A DNA stretch of 64,000 nucleotides from the human T2T-CHM13v2.0 reference genome, Homo sapiens. Under the pieces are notes generated by a model. That model saw only the letters and a list, made by a program, of their open reading frames with translations, had not been told where the DNA came from and ran no database searches. The stretch is from the NCBI RefSeq assembly GCF_009914755.1, contig NC_060925.1. The stretch is one strand, 5' to 3'. The first letter of the stretch is position 1. Each line of letters opens with the position of its first letter. This document shows positions 29,285 to 43,870 of the stretch, piece after piece. The position numbers were made by a program, and so were the translations under genes.

Positions 29285-29715
29285 GGTATTCGTCTCCTGG
29301 AGCTGCTGAACACATTACCACAAGCAGGACAGCTGAAAACAGCAGAAGCGCTCAGGAGGCCAGGTGTCTGCGATCAGGATGGTAGCGGGCTCGACTGCCT
29401 CCGAGCTCTGAGGGGGAGCCCGCCCCATGCCTCCCCTCGCCCCTGGGGGCTGCCGGGAATCCTTGGCGTCCCTTGGTCTGTAGATGCCTCCCTGAGTCCC
29501 AGCCTCTGTTTCCCCAGGGTGCTCCACCTGTGTATGTGTCTCTCCGTGGCCCCTCCTCTTCTTAGAGGGACACCAGCCATTGGATTCAGGGCCCACCCCA
29601 ATCCACTATGCCCTCGTCATAATGAAGTACATCCGCAAGGCCCTGTTTCCAGATAAGGCTCCACTCTGAAGTTCTGGGCAAACATGAATTGGAGGACACT
29701 GGTCAACCCGCTTCA
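29285..29715 (-). mobile_element. MLT1 (MaLR) solo LTR, MLT1B/C-like
   Basis: ggacaccagccattggattcagggcccaccc...ataaggctccactctgaagttctggg. Confidence 0.75.
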
Positions 29716-30011
29716 GATGTGGAGGCAGCCAGTGTAGACCATCTCCATGAGGCCTTCCTCTCCCTGTGCTGCCACCTGTGGGGGGTGAAAGATGAGCCCG
29801 GAGCTCCATCCTCTCACGTCACCCCTACCGATGCTGGGGTGCCCATAGTGAGGTCAGAGCCCACCCAAGTCCCCCGTCCCGGGAGAGTTGGCTTTGCCTT
29901 CCAATACAACTAAAGAAGGGGGGTGTCCTGGTGAGATCGAATCCCAGGGTCTGCCCGGGAGCAGAGCATGACAGATGGAGGCTCTGGCCAGGCATGGCTG
30001 GATCTGTCATT

Positions 30012-30014
<3 letters not shown>

Positions 30015-30042
<28 letters not shown>

Positions 30043-30160
30043 GAGATGGGGTCTCACTATGTTGCCTAGGCTGGTCTCAAACTCCTGGGCTCCTAAGTGG
30101 TCCTCCTGCCTCGGTCTTCCAAAGTGCTAGGATTACAGGCGTGAGCCACCATGCCCAGCC
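30015..30160 (-). mobile_element. Alu left monomer (FLAM)
   Basis: Poly-T plus monomer. Confidence 0.88.
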
Positions 30161-32562
30161 GGATCTGTTTTCTTGGTGGCAGACCTGATCTGGGGCTTTG
30201 CTGTCTCTGTCTTGGAGGTGGAGGTAGTTCCACTCCCTGGGATATCTGGAGAATCATCAGTGTCCCCACCACCCCTGGATTCGACTTCCACGAGGGGCAG
30301 CTGTTTGTAGGGCAGCTCCAGCAGTTTGCCTGCGTGTGTGCCTTCCCGGGGGTCTCCCAGCCCACTGTCCCCTGTGGCCTCTTTCCTGCATGCCAGGCAG
30401 AACCCCCCCGCAGCAGAGTCCCGGCTTCTACACTGGGGCCGTGGCCGGGCGGAAGTAGGGGTACTGAGTTCTCGACGTTTCCCTGTGCGGCCTCCCCACT
30501 GTCCAGCCTGCTGGGGCCACAGGCCCCGTGCTCTGATTCCTCCTCAAGGCTCGAGGCACAAGGCCTTGTGCTGAGGATGCAGCCAGAGAGGCTGCTGTGT
30601 CACTCTCCCTCTCTCTCCTGGAGGGCAGGAGTGGAGATGGCCATTGCTGAGTGGGGAGACACAGGGCCTGGCCTGACCCCGGGCCTGCCCGCCACCCTCC
30701 CTGGAGATGTGGAAAGGCCTGTTTGCAAGCAGCAGGCTGGCAGGCTGTCCAGGGGGAGCCCCTGACCTTGTGGGTCCTCTGGCTCTACCCCCACTGCTTT
30801 AAAGACATCTCCCACTGAGGAGGCATCTTCCATGCAGTTCAGCATTTTCGAATTTTCTTTAACGGCTCCCAGATGGGTTTGGTGTGGTTTGTCGTGGTTG
30901 AAGGTTCAGGGAAGGTCAGCTCGTCTCCTCAAGATCAGAGCCTCCTCCCGGGTGCCTCCTTCCTGCACTCCACTCCAGCTGGACTCTGCCGGGAGCTACT
31001 CATCGGGAGACTGATACACCGCCACCAGGGCCACCCACCCTCCCTCCCTCCCTTCCTTCCTTCCTTCCATGTCGGGGAGGGGTTGTCCCAGACCCTATTC
31101 CCCACACCCTCCAGAAGTTCTGGTCATATGAGGACCGCAGGCTCTCAGAGTTTGGGGGGGATAGGGGACCAAGGGTGTCTGATCACCTAGGTGGATCTCA
31201 GGCGTCCTTCCCCAGTTGACAAGGACAAAGGCTCCACGTTGTGTTTGGCTGTGCTCTTTCGTAAGAACTGCGTAGTGTAGAGGAAAACACACACACATCC
31301 TATGATGGCCACCCGACCCGTGACATTCTAGAATCCATGTCCTGGAGCGTGGTCCCCACAAGCTGCTTGCAGGGCCAGCCACAGGAGCCATGACAGCTGT
31401 CAGCGAGGACATTGCGGAAGCCGGGGCATTCTCTGATGCGGAACATTTTTCCTTGACCTCACCGTTCTGCAGCTCGTTCACTCAGCCCGTGAACTGGGCA
31501 CAGCACCACACTCTTGAGGCTTGAGTTGGGTTGAAATCTCTCGGGGAACAGTGAGACAGTTGTGGGTTGGGGCTCTGGGGCTGTGCATGTTCACGTGGGC
31601 CACCAGGTAGCCGTTTCTCACAGAAATGTGGAAGCTGGTGCACTGTCTCTTCCAGTTCCTCAGGCTTCTGCTCCCAGAAATAGCGCCTGATTGACTTCCT
31701 GATTTCTTTGCTGCTCATTCAGCATTGCACTCTCATTCACAGAAATTATTTAAATGAATGAGCGCCTAAGCTTCCTGGGGATGGGCATAGCAGCCAGAGG
31801 CCCCAGGCCACAGTGCAGGTGCCCACCCCCTCGGTAGATTTCAGCAGGCACCTGGGTTTGTGGCTGGAGCTGGGTGCAAAGCTGGCAGCCCCCAGTCAAG
31901 AGTGTGGAGGTTGGGGAGAACTCCCTGGTACTGGTAGTGACCAGCTGAAATGGGGGCTGGGCATTTTTTCACGGCACGAAGCCCACGTCTGTTTCTGTGG
32001 CCATGCATTCTTGGTCTCTGCCCAGCCTTTGGAAAGCAGTTAGACCGGGCCCTATGCGCCATCAGTTTCCTCCTGCAAGATCAAGGAGGCGTGACCTGTT
32101 TATGTACTTGAGGACCCAGAGAAGAGACCCATTCACAGGATGCCTGGGTGACTCTGGTCCTATTTTCAGCTCATAACACATCACTGCAGCCATTCACTGC
32201 CACTTCTCTAGCCCGTCTTGGTGGATCCCATGACCCATCCCTAACTGGTTTATTCAGTGAGATCCAGAGATGGCCAGGCTGTGGCAAGTCCTCTACCCCA
32301 CACAGCTGCGTTCACAGGGGATGGATTGTGGCAGCTGGAGGGCCTCATCCCTTTGGAGTCCATGGCTCTCAGACCTTGGACCTGTAACTCTCACCTCCCC
32401 AAGCCCATTTCCCTATCTGTAGGTTGGGGTCACAGTCCCCATCAGGCACACGACTGGTGCCCCACAGGCCATGGCTGGGGCTGGGGCTGCGGTGTCAGCC
32501 ACTCAAAATAAGGCACTGGATGGAGCTGGGGGCTCATGTGGGCCTCTGCAGTTTTAGAAAAT

Positions 32563-32857
32563 TTTTTTTTTTTTGGAGATGGAGTCTCATTCTGTCACCC
32601 AGGCTGTAGTGCAGTGGCGCAATCTCAGCTCACTGCAAACCTCTGCCTCCCAGGTTCAAGCAATCCTCCTGCCTCAAACTCCCAAGTAGCTGGGACTACA
32701 GGCATGCACGACCACACCCAGCTAATTTTTGTATTTTTAATAGAGATGAGGTTTTGCCACACTGGCCAGGCTGGTCTCAAACTCCTGACCTCAGGTGATC
32801 ACCCACCTCGGCCTCCCAAAGTGCTGGGATTACAGGCATAAGCCACCGCGTCCAGCC
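32563..32857 (-). mobile_element. AluS
   Basis: Full dimer. Confidence 0.95.
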
Positions 32858-33669
32858 TAGAAACATTTCTTCATGGGTTGATTGGAAACCCGTTACACCA
32901 AGAGGGTAGTGACTGAACTCCCTCTCAGCCCTCACTGCTGCAGCCTGGCAGGGCTCTTGGGCCACATTCAGTGGCTCTTGGAGCTTTCTCAGGTGCTTTC
33001 CAGCCACGAGGGAGAGCCCCTCCACTTTCCGGCGGGGGCTGAGCCACATTCTCCCGGGAGGGAGCTCAGGGCAGCCCAGACCCCTTGGCCCTGATGCAGG
33101 CCAGATGCAGGCGCGCTCCCAAGCAGAGAAGAGAACACACCTGCAAATTCCCCACTCCTCTGTGCAGAAGACCTACTCCCGACAGCCAGGCCAGACCACA
33201 GGCTGCGATAAGCACTTCTGGCCTTCAGGATCTTGGCTGCATGGGACTTTGGGGAGAATCTGGTCTGGATTCCGTGTCTTACAGATGGGGAAACAAGTCC
33301 GGGCAGACGGAGGGATGTGCTCCAGGTCAGGCTGCGGGGCAGGGTCTGGAGTCACCAGGCTGGGTGTTTTACCCGAGGGAAACCCAACCCTGTGAGGAGC
33401 CGGGTGGGTGGAACCCAGTCCCACCCCATCACGAGGGGTCTGTGGGATCCTTGACCTTAAAGAACCCAAGGTTATTTCATTCCTCCATTCGTCTCCAATC
33501 AGAGCTCCTCTTAATCATCCTAAGCTGGCCACGAAAGGCCCCCTTTCAAAATTCTCCATTAAAAATACAGAACATTTCAGTTCCTTGTCAGGAGCTGTGG
33601 CTGTGACCGTCCATGGGGGATGAAGAGCAGTGGTCCCTCTTCTTTTGTTTATTTATTTTTTCAGTTTTG

Positions 33670-34014
<345 letters not shown>

Positions 34015-34022
34015 TGTTTTCA

Positions 34023-34277
34023 TTTTTGAGACAAGGTCTCTGTTACGCAGGCTGGAATACAGTGGCACAATCACAGCTTACTGCAGCCTTGACCTCCTGG
34101 GCCCAACCGATCCTCTCGCCTCAGTCTCCCAAGTCCTGGCTGATTTTTATTTTTTGTAGCGATGAGGTCTCCCTATGTTGCTCAGGCTGGTCTCAAACTC
34201 CTGGGCTCAAGCAGTCTTCTGTCCTTGGCCTCCCAAAGTGCTGGGATTACAGGTATGAGCCACTGTGCCTGACCTGG
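34023..34277 (-). mobile_element. AluJ, partly deleted
   Basis: ctgcagccttgacctcctggg and ctcctgggctcaagc J-type motifs. Confidence 0.85.
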
Positions 34278-34339
34278 TCCCTCTTCTTTTAAAGCTTGGG
34301 GTTTAGTAAATGCATTATCAAGCCTAAGGTCCATTCTTC

Positions 34340-34515
34340 TATTTTGTAACAGCTTTACTGAGCTATAATTCACATACCTTACAATTCACCCATTAAAGTA
34401 TCCAATTCAGTGGCCTCTTGCGTGGTGAGATGTAGGAAACAATTTTAGAACATTTTCATCACCCCAAAAAGAAACCCTATACCCATAAGCAGCCTCTCTC
34501 CATTCTGCCATGCCC
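34340..34515 (-). mobile_element. L1M 3' end fragment
   Basis: aacagctttactgagctataattcacatac...aacattttcatcacccc. Confidence 0.7.
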
Positions 34516-35319
34516 CACCCGTAGTGTTTGGTCTTCAGTAATTGATTTTCGTATATTTGAGACACATTGGTGAATATTAAAGAACTTTAATCCACTTTTT
34601 ACTGGTAGGATGGAGTTTTGCGGGTTCCTTTTAGTTTTGGGGGCTATTTTGCTCACAAAGGAGTCTCAAAGTCAAGGGGAGACCGTGGATGAAGCCTCAG
34701 ATCCATTAGTTTCAGGGCTTTCCATCTGCAGAACAGCGTGGGCGGCCCCACGAAGGTCCAGGTGTGCTCACTCCTACCTGGTTTCAGGAAAGAGAGCAAA
34801 GAGGGGTCTGCTCTGGCGAAGCGGGCGAGCAGGGCCGCGCAGCCTTCCAACGCTCAGAAGCCTTGGAAGGCATGAGTTTCAGACTCCTGAGATCTGAAGC
34901 TGACGGCTCATCTGAGATGCAGCTGAATGAACTCAGCCTCCTTTGTAGGAAGGCAAGGCTGGGCGCTCTGGGAACACAGGATGGAGGTGCCTGGGAGGCT
35001 GCAGCTGGAAGCGCTCTGTAACCCTGGGGCCTGAGGCAGCTCTGCCCAAGTTCCCCTGGCTGTGAGAGAGCCCCATGTGCCTGGGGCAGTTGCGGGGAGA
35101 AGGCCCAGGCAGCTCTGGGGGATCAGCTGAAACTGGGCTGGCATTTCCAGTTTCCTGGGGCCTGAGCTTGGCCTGGGCCCTCAGCCTCACTGTCAGACAG
35201 AAGCACAGACACCCGGGGTTTCTCTGTCTCCATGTGGCACAGAAATGACACCTTCAGGCCGTGGGGCCAGCCAGGCCTGTCACGTATGATTCAGGACAGG
35301 GTTTGCCATGTCTTCCTTT

Positions 35320-35780
<461 letters not shown>

Positions 35781-35924
35781 TAACAGAAAATGATTCCCTT
35801 CCTGAAGCTAGTGCTGGGGGTGCGTGCCAGGAAGAGCTGGCTCCCATGTGTTCCGACCGACAGGCCCCAATGGCAGCTGCTTGCCTGGACAGGCAGAGTC
35901 ACCAGTGGGGAAGAGCAGGGATCG

Positions 35925-36145
35925 CCTGGGTTCGAATCCTAGCTGCATCTCCTGCCAGCAGGGCGACCCCTGGCAAGTCATTTAGACTCTGTCCCTCAGT
36001 TTCCTCATCTGTAAAATGGGGATGAAGGTAATGGTGTCTCTGTGACTATTAAGTCATTCATAAGAAACCACTGTGAGGATTAAATGAGTGTTAGCAGAGG
36101 GCTCGCCCAGGTGCCCAGCCCAGGGTGGGCTCCTGGTGGCAGCTA
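35925..36145 (+). mobile_element. MIR
   Basis: ctgggttcgaatcctagct...cctcagtttcctcatctgtaaaatgggg...gtgaggattaaatgag. Confidence 0.8.
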
Positions 36146-36305
36146 TTCACATGCTAAATTTAAAATGAAAAAGCATTGCATTTTTCATTGTTTCTTTACT
36201 GATTTGAGTGAATACTAATCAGTGATAATATTGCTGCTGTGGTTAGCGCTGTTTGCTGAACACCCACCCAAGCTGCGCTGACCTGCAGTTTCTCTGTCTC
36301 CCCAG

Positions 36306-36433
36306 CCGAGCCGCTGCCGCTCATGGATTTGTGCCGTCGCTCGGTGCGCCTGGCCCTGGGGAGGGAGCGCCTGGGGGAGATCCACACGCTGCCGCTGCCG
36401 GCTTCCCTCAAGGCCTACCTCCTCTACCAGTGA
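36306..36433 (+). CDS. SPSB1: SPSB1 last coding exon: SOCS box (residues 232-273) and TGA stop
   Basis: Acceptor tttctctgtctccccag|CC. Phase-1 join gives PEPLPLMDLCRRSVRLALGRERLGEIHTLPLPASLKAYLLYQ*, with BC box PLMDLCRRSV and Cul5 box LPLP. 694+128=822 nt, 273 aa. Not in the ORF track because it is a short spliced exon. Confidence 0.97.
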
Positions 36434-36700
36434 CGTTCGCCATCATACCGCCAGCGCGACAGCCACCTGGTGCCAACTCACTGAGCCGCCTGCCGCTGGG
36501 GCCGCCGCACCCTGCACCTTGGACCGGCATCCGTAGCCATGGACAGAGGTCCCTGGTCTTCCCTCATCCTCCGTGGCTGCCTCCATGGGACAAGGACCGA
36601 TTCCAACACAGGCTCCTCTTTCCCCCTTCCCGACATCAGCGGAAGGCAGCATCCCTGCATGCCGTCCATATACAACCCCTCTTTGAAAAAAGACACAGAG

Positions 36701-36706
36701 AATAAA
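36701..36706 (+). terminator. Candidate proximal polyadenylation signal AATAAA
   Basis: Canonical hexamer, but weak U/GU-rich downstream element. Confidence 0.3.
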
Positions 36707-37067
36707 CTCCTACGAAAGCCCTACATTGAGCTCCAATCTGCTCGGGGTGGGACGGGTGCTTCCCACACCTCTGGGAGAAGGCTGCAGCCACCTGGGGGTC
36801 CCAGGGTGGTGGGGGTGGCAGGTGGTACCACAGCTCTGAGAGCAGATACCAGGGGTACTAAGAGGTGCTTAGACAAGGGCTGGTGCCCGGCCCAGGGTGC
36901 CCAGCGGGGCCATGCCATGGCAGATAAAGCTCAGGACGTCAAAAACTCACCATGGACCCCAAGGCAGAAACCAAGAACTGTCTGCAGGCAAATAAGCACC
37001 CAGCACCCATCCTGGCTGCCGGTGCCCCGTACCCTGTATTTATTCTTTTAACAATAACAAAAGCCAT

Positions 37068-37076
37068 TTATTTATT
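37068..37076 (+). promoter_or_regulatory. AU-rich element nonamer UUAUUUAUU
   Basis: TTATTTATT, with ATTTA pentamers at 37038, 37066 and 37070. Confidence 0.55.
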
Positions 37077-38362
37077 CCATCTAGAAAGGAAACCCTGTTT
37101 CAGTCCCCTCTCTCTGGCTGTTCTGTTACTTTCCTTCCACCTGTGCCCTCCCTGGGATATGTATGCCTCGCCCGCCCTCCCTGGGCACATGTGCACACGT
37201 GCCCAGGCACAAGTATGTCTCTGGGTCCCTTGCCCTGCAGTTTCCAGGGGGCTCTGCTCCAAGTTCCCTAGCGGGCCCCTCAGGGAGAAATAGCCTCACG
37301 TGCAATCTGGGTGTCTTCGGGGGCCCGTCTGGAAGGGCTGCAGCAATTCCCCTGTGTCTCCAGGTAACCAGCTAACTCTTGGGCTCAGGCACCCTTGCAC
37401 AGGGTTGCATTTCTTTAGTCTTCTGTGGGTCTTTTGATGTGGGTTTGATTTTGCTTTTGCTTTTCTAGCTGAGATTTCCCAAGGGCATCCTCAGAAGCTC
37501 TGGGTGTGCCAGAGGACCCCCAGAACTAAGAAGGGAGGGCGAGTGGGTCTCCATTCCCCGAGAAGCCAGGGGCAGGGTGGGATGGGGAAGACCAGGAGCA
37601 GAGTCGAGCCTCACAGAAGCCAGCGCGGGTCTCTGCTCAGCACCCCAGCCGGGGCTCTGGACCCAGGGTAACAGCCCCAGTTCATCCCAACCCCTCTCAG
37701 AGCCTCAAGAGGGGTAGCTCGGCTGCCGGAAGAGAGGGGTGCCCTATCCCTGGCAACCCCTCCACGTAGCGTACCCCAGCACCTGCCACCGCCTTTGCCA
37801 TTTCTTTGAGCTTGAAGTTAACTCTCTTAGAGTCTAACTTTGGTTCATTTCTGCACAGGTACAATAGATGACTTTATTTGTTTAAAATGTTTAATATATA
37901 TACATACATATATATATATTTGTCTGTAAGAATTATGTTTTAAACAGCTGCTGTAGAGTACCTTTTTTTAAGTAAATCTTACAGTGGAGTATATTTTTTA
38001 AAGCACAAAATTGGTGCCAAGACTGGGTGAGAAATGTACATTACCCCCTTATTATTTTGACGGTTTTTTTTTTTCGGGGCAGGGGACCTTACCTGTAAGA
38101 CTTTTAAAGATTTTCCTCCCTCCTGTTTCAGGTGGGTCACATTCTGATGAATGTTTCCCTTGTACAGATCCCAGCTTATGGCCTTGACCCAGCCGTCCTC
38201 ACAGATGCCGGGTGACCCTCTAGCTCTCTCTGCATCTCCCACCCCCCGACACCCTGGGACCCTCGACCCCACCCTTCTTTCCTACCAGCCCAGAGCCTTG
38301 TGGCTTGTACAGTTTTGAAACTCCCGTTCTATTTTATGATGGTTGATAATAGTCAGTAACCT

Positions 38363-38368
38363 AATAAA
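38363..38368 (+). terminator. SPSB1: Distal polyadenylation signal AATAAA of SPSB1
   Basis: AATAAA with upstream TGTA (38306-38309), CA ~20 nt downstream and U/GU-rich downstream sequence (tttttg...gtttgtg). Confidence 0.85.
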
Positions 38369-39159
38369 GGAACGTTTGTTAAAATATCAAACCATTTTTG
38401 AATTCCTCGTTTGTGCCTCGGGGGAGGGGAAAGAGACATAGCTGACCCCTCCTGGGTCCAGCCAGCTCCACGGCCCACAGTTTTCAGCAGATGATGGGCT
38501 GACTCCCTACCACCCCTTGGCAGAGGGTGGGATGCCAGGCAAAGCCCCAGACAGAGAAGGAGAAGGAGAGTCCTGGAGGGAGGACCCCAGAACAGCCTCA
38601 TCCCCATTTCAGAAGTTCCTCAGCCTGGCAGCCCAAGCTGCAGAAACTTGCCAAGTCTAACAGACAGTGATTCTGTGCCTTCGTGAGCGCATCAGGTTGG
38701 TTTGTGGGGTTGTAGAACTTGAGTTGACCGTGGGCTTTTTAGGAGCAGAGTGTGAGCCATTGTGGGCGTCCTCAGAGTCCAGGCTCTAGGGGAAGGAGCA
38801 GGTCCTTCATTCGTCTTTGTGTCCCCTGGGGCTGAGTGCACGGTGATGTTTGCTGAACTGTTGCAGAGTGAACTTGTTCTGCTAGCCATGTGGGCAGAGC
38901 CCCCGACAGAAAGGACAGGAAACTCTGGCTTATTTAGGGGATCAATGGGTGATAAAATGACAGTCAAGAAATTTACTAAGATGTGATCACGTGTCACGGC
39001 TAGTTTCCAAAGAATTAGCAAGAGCACATTAAGCTTGCGGTGGGGACGCTTCATTCTGAAGGCGTGTTGGGACCTGATAGTGCCGTGAAAAGTGCCTGGC
39101 CTGAGGGCCCAAGATCCCTGGGCCCAAAGACCCATGTTCCTTTCTCTAAGAGCCTCCTG

Positions 39160-39332
39160 ACCAGCTATCCTCAGACCACACACATCAGCAGCATCTGGGA
39201 GGGGGGTTGTGAAAATGCAGATTCCAGGGCCCCACCTGAGATGTACCAAGTCAACACTTCTAGGGCCAGGCCCAGGAATATGCATTTCCTCAACTCCCTA
39301 GGTGACCTTGCCTAAGAGAGTTTGCACACCAC
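39160..39332. mobile_element. MER5-like DNA transposon
   Basis: aaatgcagattccagggcccacc...ggcccaggaatatgcattt...ggtga. Confidence 0.65.
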
Positions 39333-39663
39333 TATTTGTGACAGTGTCAGCTGTTTTGCAAAGTTGCTGGGTAGAGGGAAATTATTCCATGGTGTCGGTG
39401 GGTTGGCCCAATGAGGAGCGCATGCGCTCCTGAGTCAGACCTGGATTCAAATACTGGCTTTGTGGCCTTGGACGAGCCTCCGGAAAACAGCAGTCACTGT
39501 AGTGTAGTACCTATCTCACAGGAGGATAGCAAGGGTAAGATGAGGCTTTCCGAACAGGACCTGGAGTCTTAGCGAGTGTGCAAACAAATGCTTTAAAAGC
39601 TCCTGCATTTCTGGAAAATGGCAGTTTCTGGGTTGCGACTTTGTCTCTAAGAATGGACCAGAT

Positions 39664-40051
<388 letters not shown>

Positions 40052-42344
40052 CTAGATGCCTTTCCCAGATGCGGTTGGATGAAAGGGGTGGTGTAAAATG
40101 ATTTTCAGGTTGGAGTTCATGTCTGGGTTGCAGTTGGAACTCCGCTTCCTTTGAAGGGGGCAGCAGGGGAGGAGTGGGGTTGGGGTCAGGCGCTGGGGGC
40201 GGGGGGAGGCACAGGGAAAAATCAGGGCCCTTGTGCTGCCAGGAGACTTCTCGGGGAGTAGGGTTTTGTGCCGAAGGGAGTGGGATTAATAAAACCATCT
40301 GTGCAGACTTGGCCCATGTGGTTGTAATTAATCCCCTGCCTTCAAGCAGGTAGCAGACTCTCAGGGCTTGGCCATAGATGGGAAGAGTCCTCCCGTCCCC
40401 ACCCTTCAGCACGAAGCTTCCCTCCCGCCTTCTCCGCTCCTCGACGAGATGAGGAATGTGGAATTTACTGAACCATAAACTATGCCGGGGGAGCTGGGGA
40501 GGGGGCCGAAGACAGAGCAATTAGTTCATGCTCCAGTCCAGACACCCAAACATGGTTGGATTCCAGCTGCAAGGAATATTTGAAATAAATGAGCTGCCCA
40601 GGGCCAGGAGTTTGCTGTGTTTTCTGTATGGGGCCATGGCAACCAGGGAGGAAATCGTGAGCTAGGGACTGGGCTCTAGAGTCAACAAATGATGTCCTGG
40701 CCCAGCAAATGCAGAGGAAGCCGCTCATGGCTCTCCTCGGGTTTCTTGAGACTCAGCTGCTGGCAGGCAGGACTCGGGCCGACCATCTCCCTGGTGCACT
40801 CAGACCGTGGTGTTCTCTCCTGGGTTCTGATTTTTTTTTTTTTTTTTTTGGTAAGAAAAGAGAAAACTAACTCTTCTCTGGAACCTTTCTTCCTGGGCCA
40901 GAGAACAGCTGCTGCTGTTGCTGCCGGGCTGATAATGATTTTCCTGGGTAGAGGAATATTCTCCGTGGAAAAGCTCAGGCTGAGGGCAGCTAGCTAGACA
41001 GAGGTGGCACTGACCTTGTGCAGGGTTTGTCTTCCTGCCCCACCCCAATTGCAGCCTCTACTGGGTCTGCTTTATAGGCAGGAAAGGCAAAGGTCTCCTC
41101 CAGCTCCCTTCCCTGGTGGCGTTTGGGGGTGAACCTTACAGCTGTCCCCAAAGATGTGTCTTACAAGTGCATGTGAGTACCAGGACCGAATCGGGGATTT
41201 CACCCTGAAGTTCACAGATGCTCCCTGCATCTGAATCGCCCGGAGGAACCTAGGGGAGGAAAGCAAAATCCTGGTAAGCTTGATATGCAATAGGATGGGC
41301 CTGCGAATAGGCATCTTCGAACACCCATAGATGACGCAGATAACATTGTCCTGAAGGTTGCTGGGGTCCCAGCGTTACATGCAGAGTTGCGTCCATGCAG
41401 AGTTGCATGCAGTTACATGCAGAGCTGCACCTATGCAGACCTCTCTGCTGTATCCCCATGGTCCTTCAGAGCCCTGCCAGGGGCTGAGACCCACAGAAGC
41501 TTGGAGACCACGGGTATAGAAGATTCTGTTCGCGTGGCCCTCCCAGCTCTCTCTGCTCTGTGTCTCAGAGCACAGGCAGTCCCCGAGCTGCCGATCAAGG
41601 CATCAACGCCAGGCACAAAAACTTCTCACCCAGGCACAAAAGTGCTCATCTTAGGAATGAACAAAGTCGGTCCAAGGGAGAAATACTGGAGTCCAGGCAG
41701 GGAAACCTTGAGGGCTATCCTTCAGCCTCAGTTTCCCTAAGGAAATTAGACCCTGGAAAGCTGAACCAGGAGCTTGGAGACAACATTCGGGTCTACAAGC
41801 CACGGCCCATGCAAGACCCTTCCAGCAGGGCTATCCCCATGGGAGCTGCTCATGGGTATTTCCCACAACCTCAGCACAGCATGTAGGGACAAGGGCCTCA
41901 TCAACCCAGGACTGTGCCTCTCAGAGCATGTCTTCCTCTCTCTTTACAGCCTAAGAAGCAAACATTTTAATCCCTCTCCCACCTACATCCCTGGGCCCTA
42001 CCTTTCGAAAGATGTTCAGCTTTGCCAGTGATTTCTGTTCAGCAAAGTGGGGCCGCCAGGGTTTCTGATGTCCACAGGTGGAATCAACTCCAGTGGAAAA
42101 GGAACCTCACCTTCCAGGCTGGCCATGTGTGGAGGCTGAGTGACTGGGGAGAAGGGGCCTGGCTTCAGGACTGACGCCTGGCTTCCCACTTCCTGTCCAG
42201 GATGGTAGCTTTAAAGCCTGGAGCCTTGGCGTCTCCATCTGTGAAATGGGAACAGCACTTGCCTCCCAGCGGGGCCACTGAGACCCACATGCTTAGGGCT
42301 GGGCACATCAGGGCCTGAGCCCAGGGTACTCCTATCTCACCCTT

Positions 42345-42640
42345 TTATTTGTAATTAAGGTGAAATTCACATAACATCAAATTCACTGTTCTAAAGTATG
42401 CACATCAGTGTGGCGTGTAGTACATTCGCAATATTGTACACCTGTCACTTCTGTCTAGTTCAAAACATTATCATCACCCCCAATGGGGACCTCACACCCA
42501 TTAGGCAGCCACTACCCATTCCCCTCCCCCAGCCCCTGGCAACCACTAATCTACTTTCTGTCTCGATTTGCCTATTCTGGACATTTCTTATCAATGGTCT
42601 CAAACAATAGGTGACCCTCTGTGTCTGGCGTCTTTCATTT
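42345..42640 (-). mobile_element. L1M 3' end fragment
   Basis: ggtgaaattcacataac...cagcccctggcaaccactaatctactttctgtctc. Confidence 0.8.
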
Positions 42641-42679
42641 CCAATTGGCTTTTTAAGGAGCTACTCCCTGGCCCCTCCC

Positions 42680-42830
42680 CCATGACTTCCCTGTGTCTTT
42701 GTTTCCTTATTTCATCATATGGGAGAACATTTCCTCTTCTTAGGGTTATTGTGAGAATTAAGTGAGCCATGTCTGTAAAGTGCTTAGAAGCTGGTCGCTG
42801 GTCGCAGGAAGCAATCAATAAACATAGCTA
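42680..42830 (+). mobile_element. MIR fragment
   Basis: tagggttattgtgagaattaagtgag...tgtaaagtgcttagaa. Confidence 0.6.
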
Positions 42831-43081
42831 GTATAATTACTCCTCCACCCCCCAGGGCACCCAGAGACCCTTGTTTATGCTCCTAAACTCACCGAAGTCA
42901 CCTAGTCCATGAATGACCCTTTCCTAGAGGGCAACTTGCAGGGAAATTGCCTGAGCCCAGGGGCCTCAGTTTATCAGATCCAGTTTTCTAAAAATCAGTC
43001 TGGTCACCAGGGCTAACAGAGAGTTGGGTGGTTAAGAGCTCTGTGGCCTCGTGCAGCTCCTCTGATCCCTAGTTTCAAAAT

Positions 43082-43870
<789 letters not shown>

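Larger units (their letters stand above)
36434..38390 (+). other. SPSB1: SPSB1 3'UTR (~1.96 kb)
   Basis: Free of interspersed repeats, runs from the stop to the distal AATAAA, AU-rich distal part. End approximate. Confidence 0.8.

Noticed and set aside
36281-36288. Upstream AG 17 nt before exon 3
   Set aside because: Too close to the likely branch point and has no own pyrimidine tract.
36323-36433. SOCS-box-only micropeptide from Met238 after exon 2 skipping
   Set aside because: Would lack the Pro-Leu start of the BC box, and the ATG has a pyrimidine at -3.
36253-37051. 150-aa and 170-aa ORFs over exon 3 and the 3'UTR
   Set aside because: Out of frame with the SOCS box or within GC-rich UTR; no homology recognised.
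41375-41440. Short degenerate ATGCAGAGTTGC repeats
   Set aside because: Irregular low-copy slippage product with no interpretable structure.
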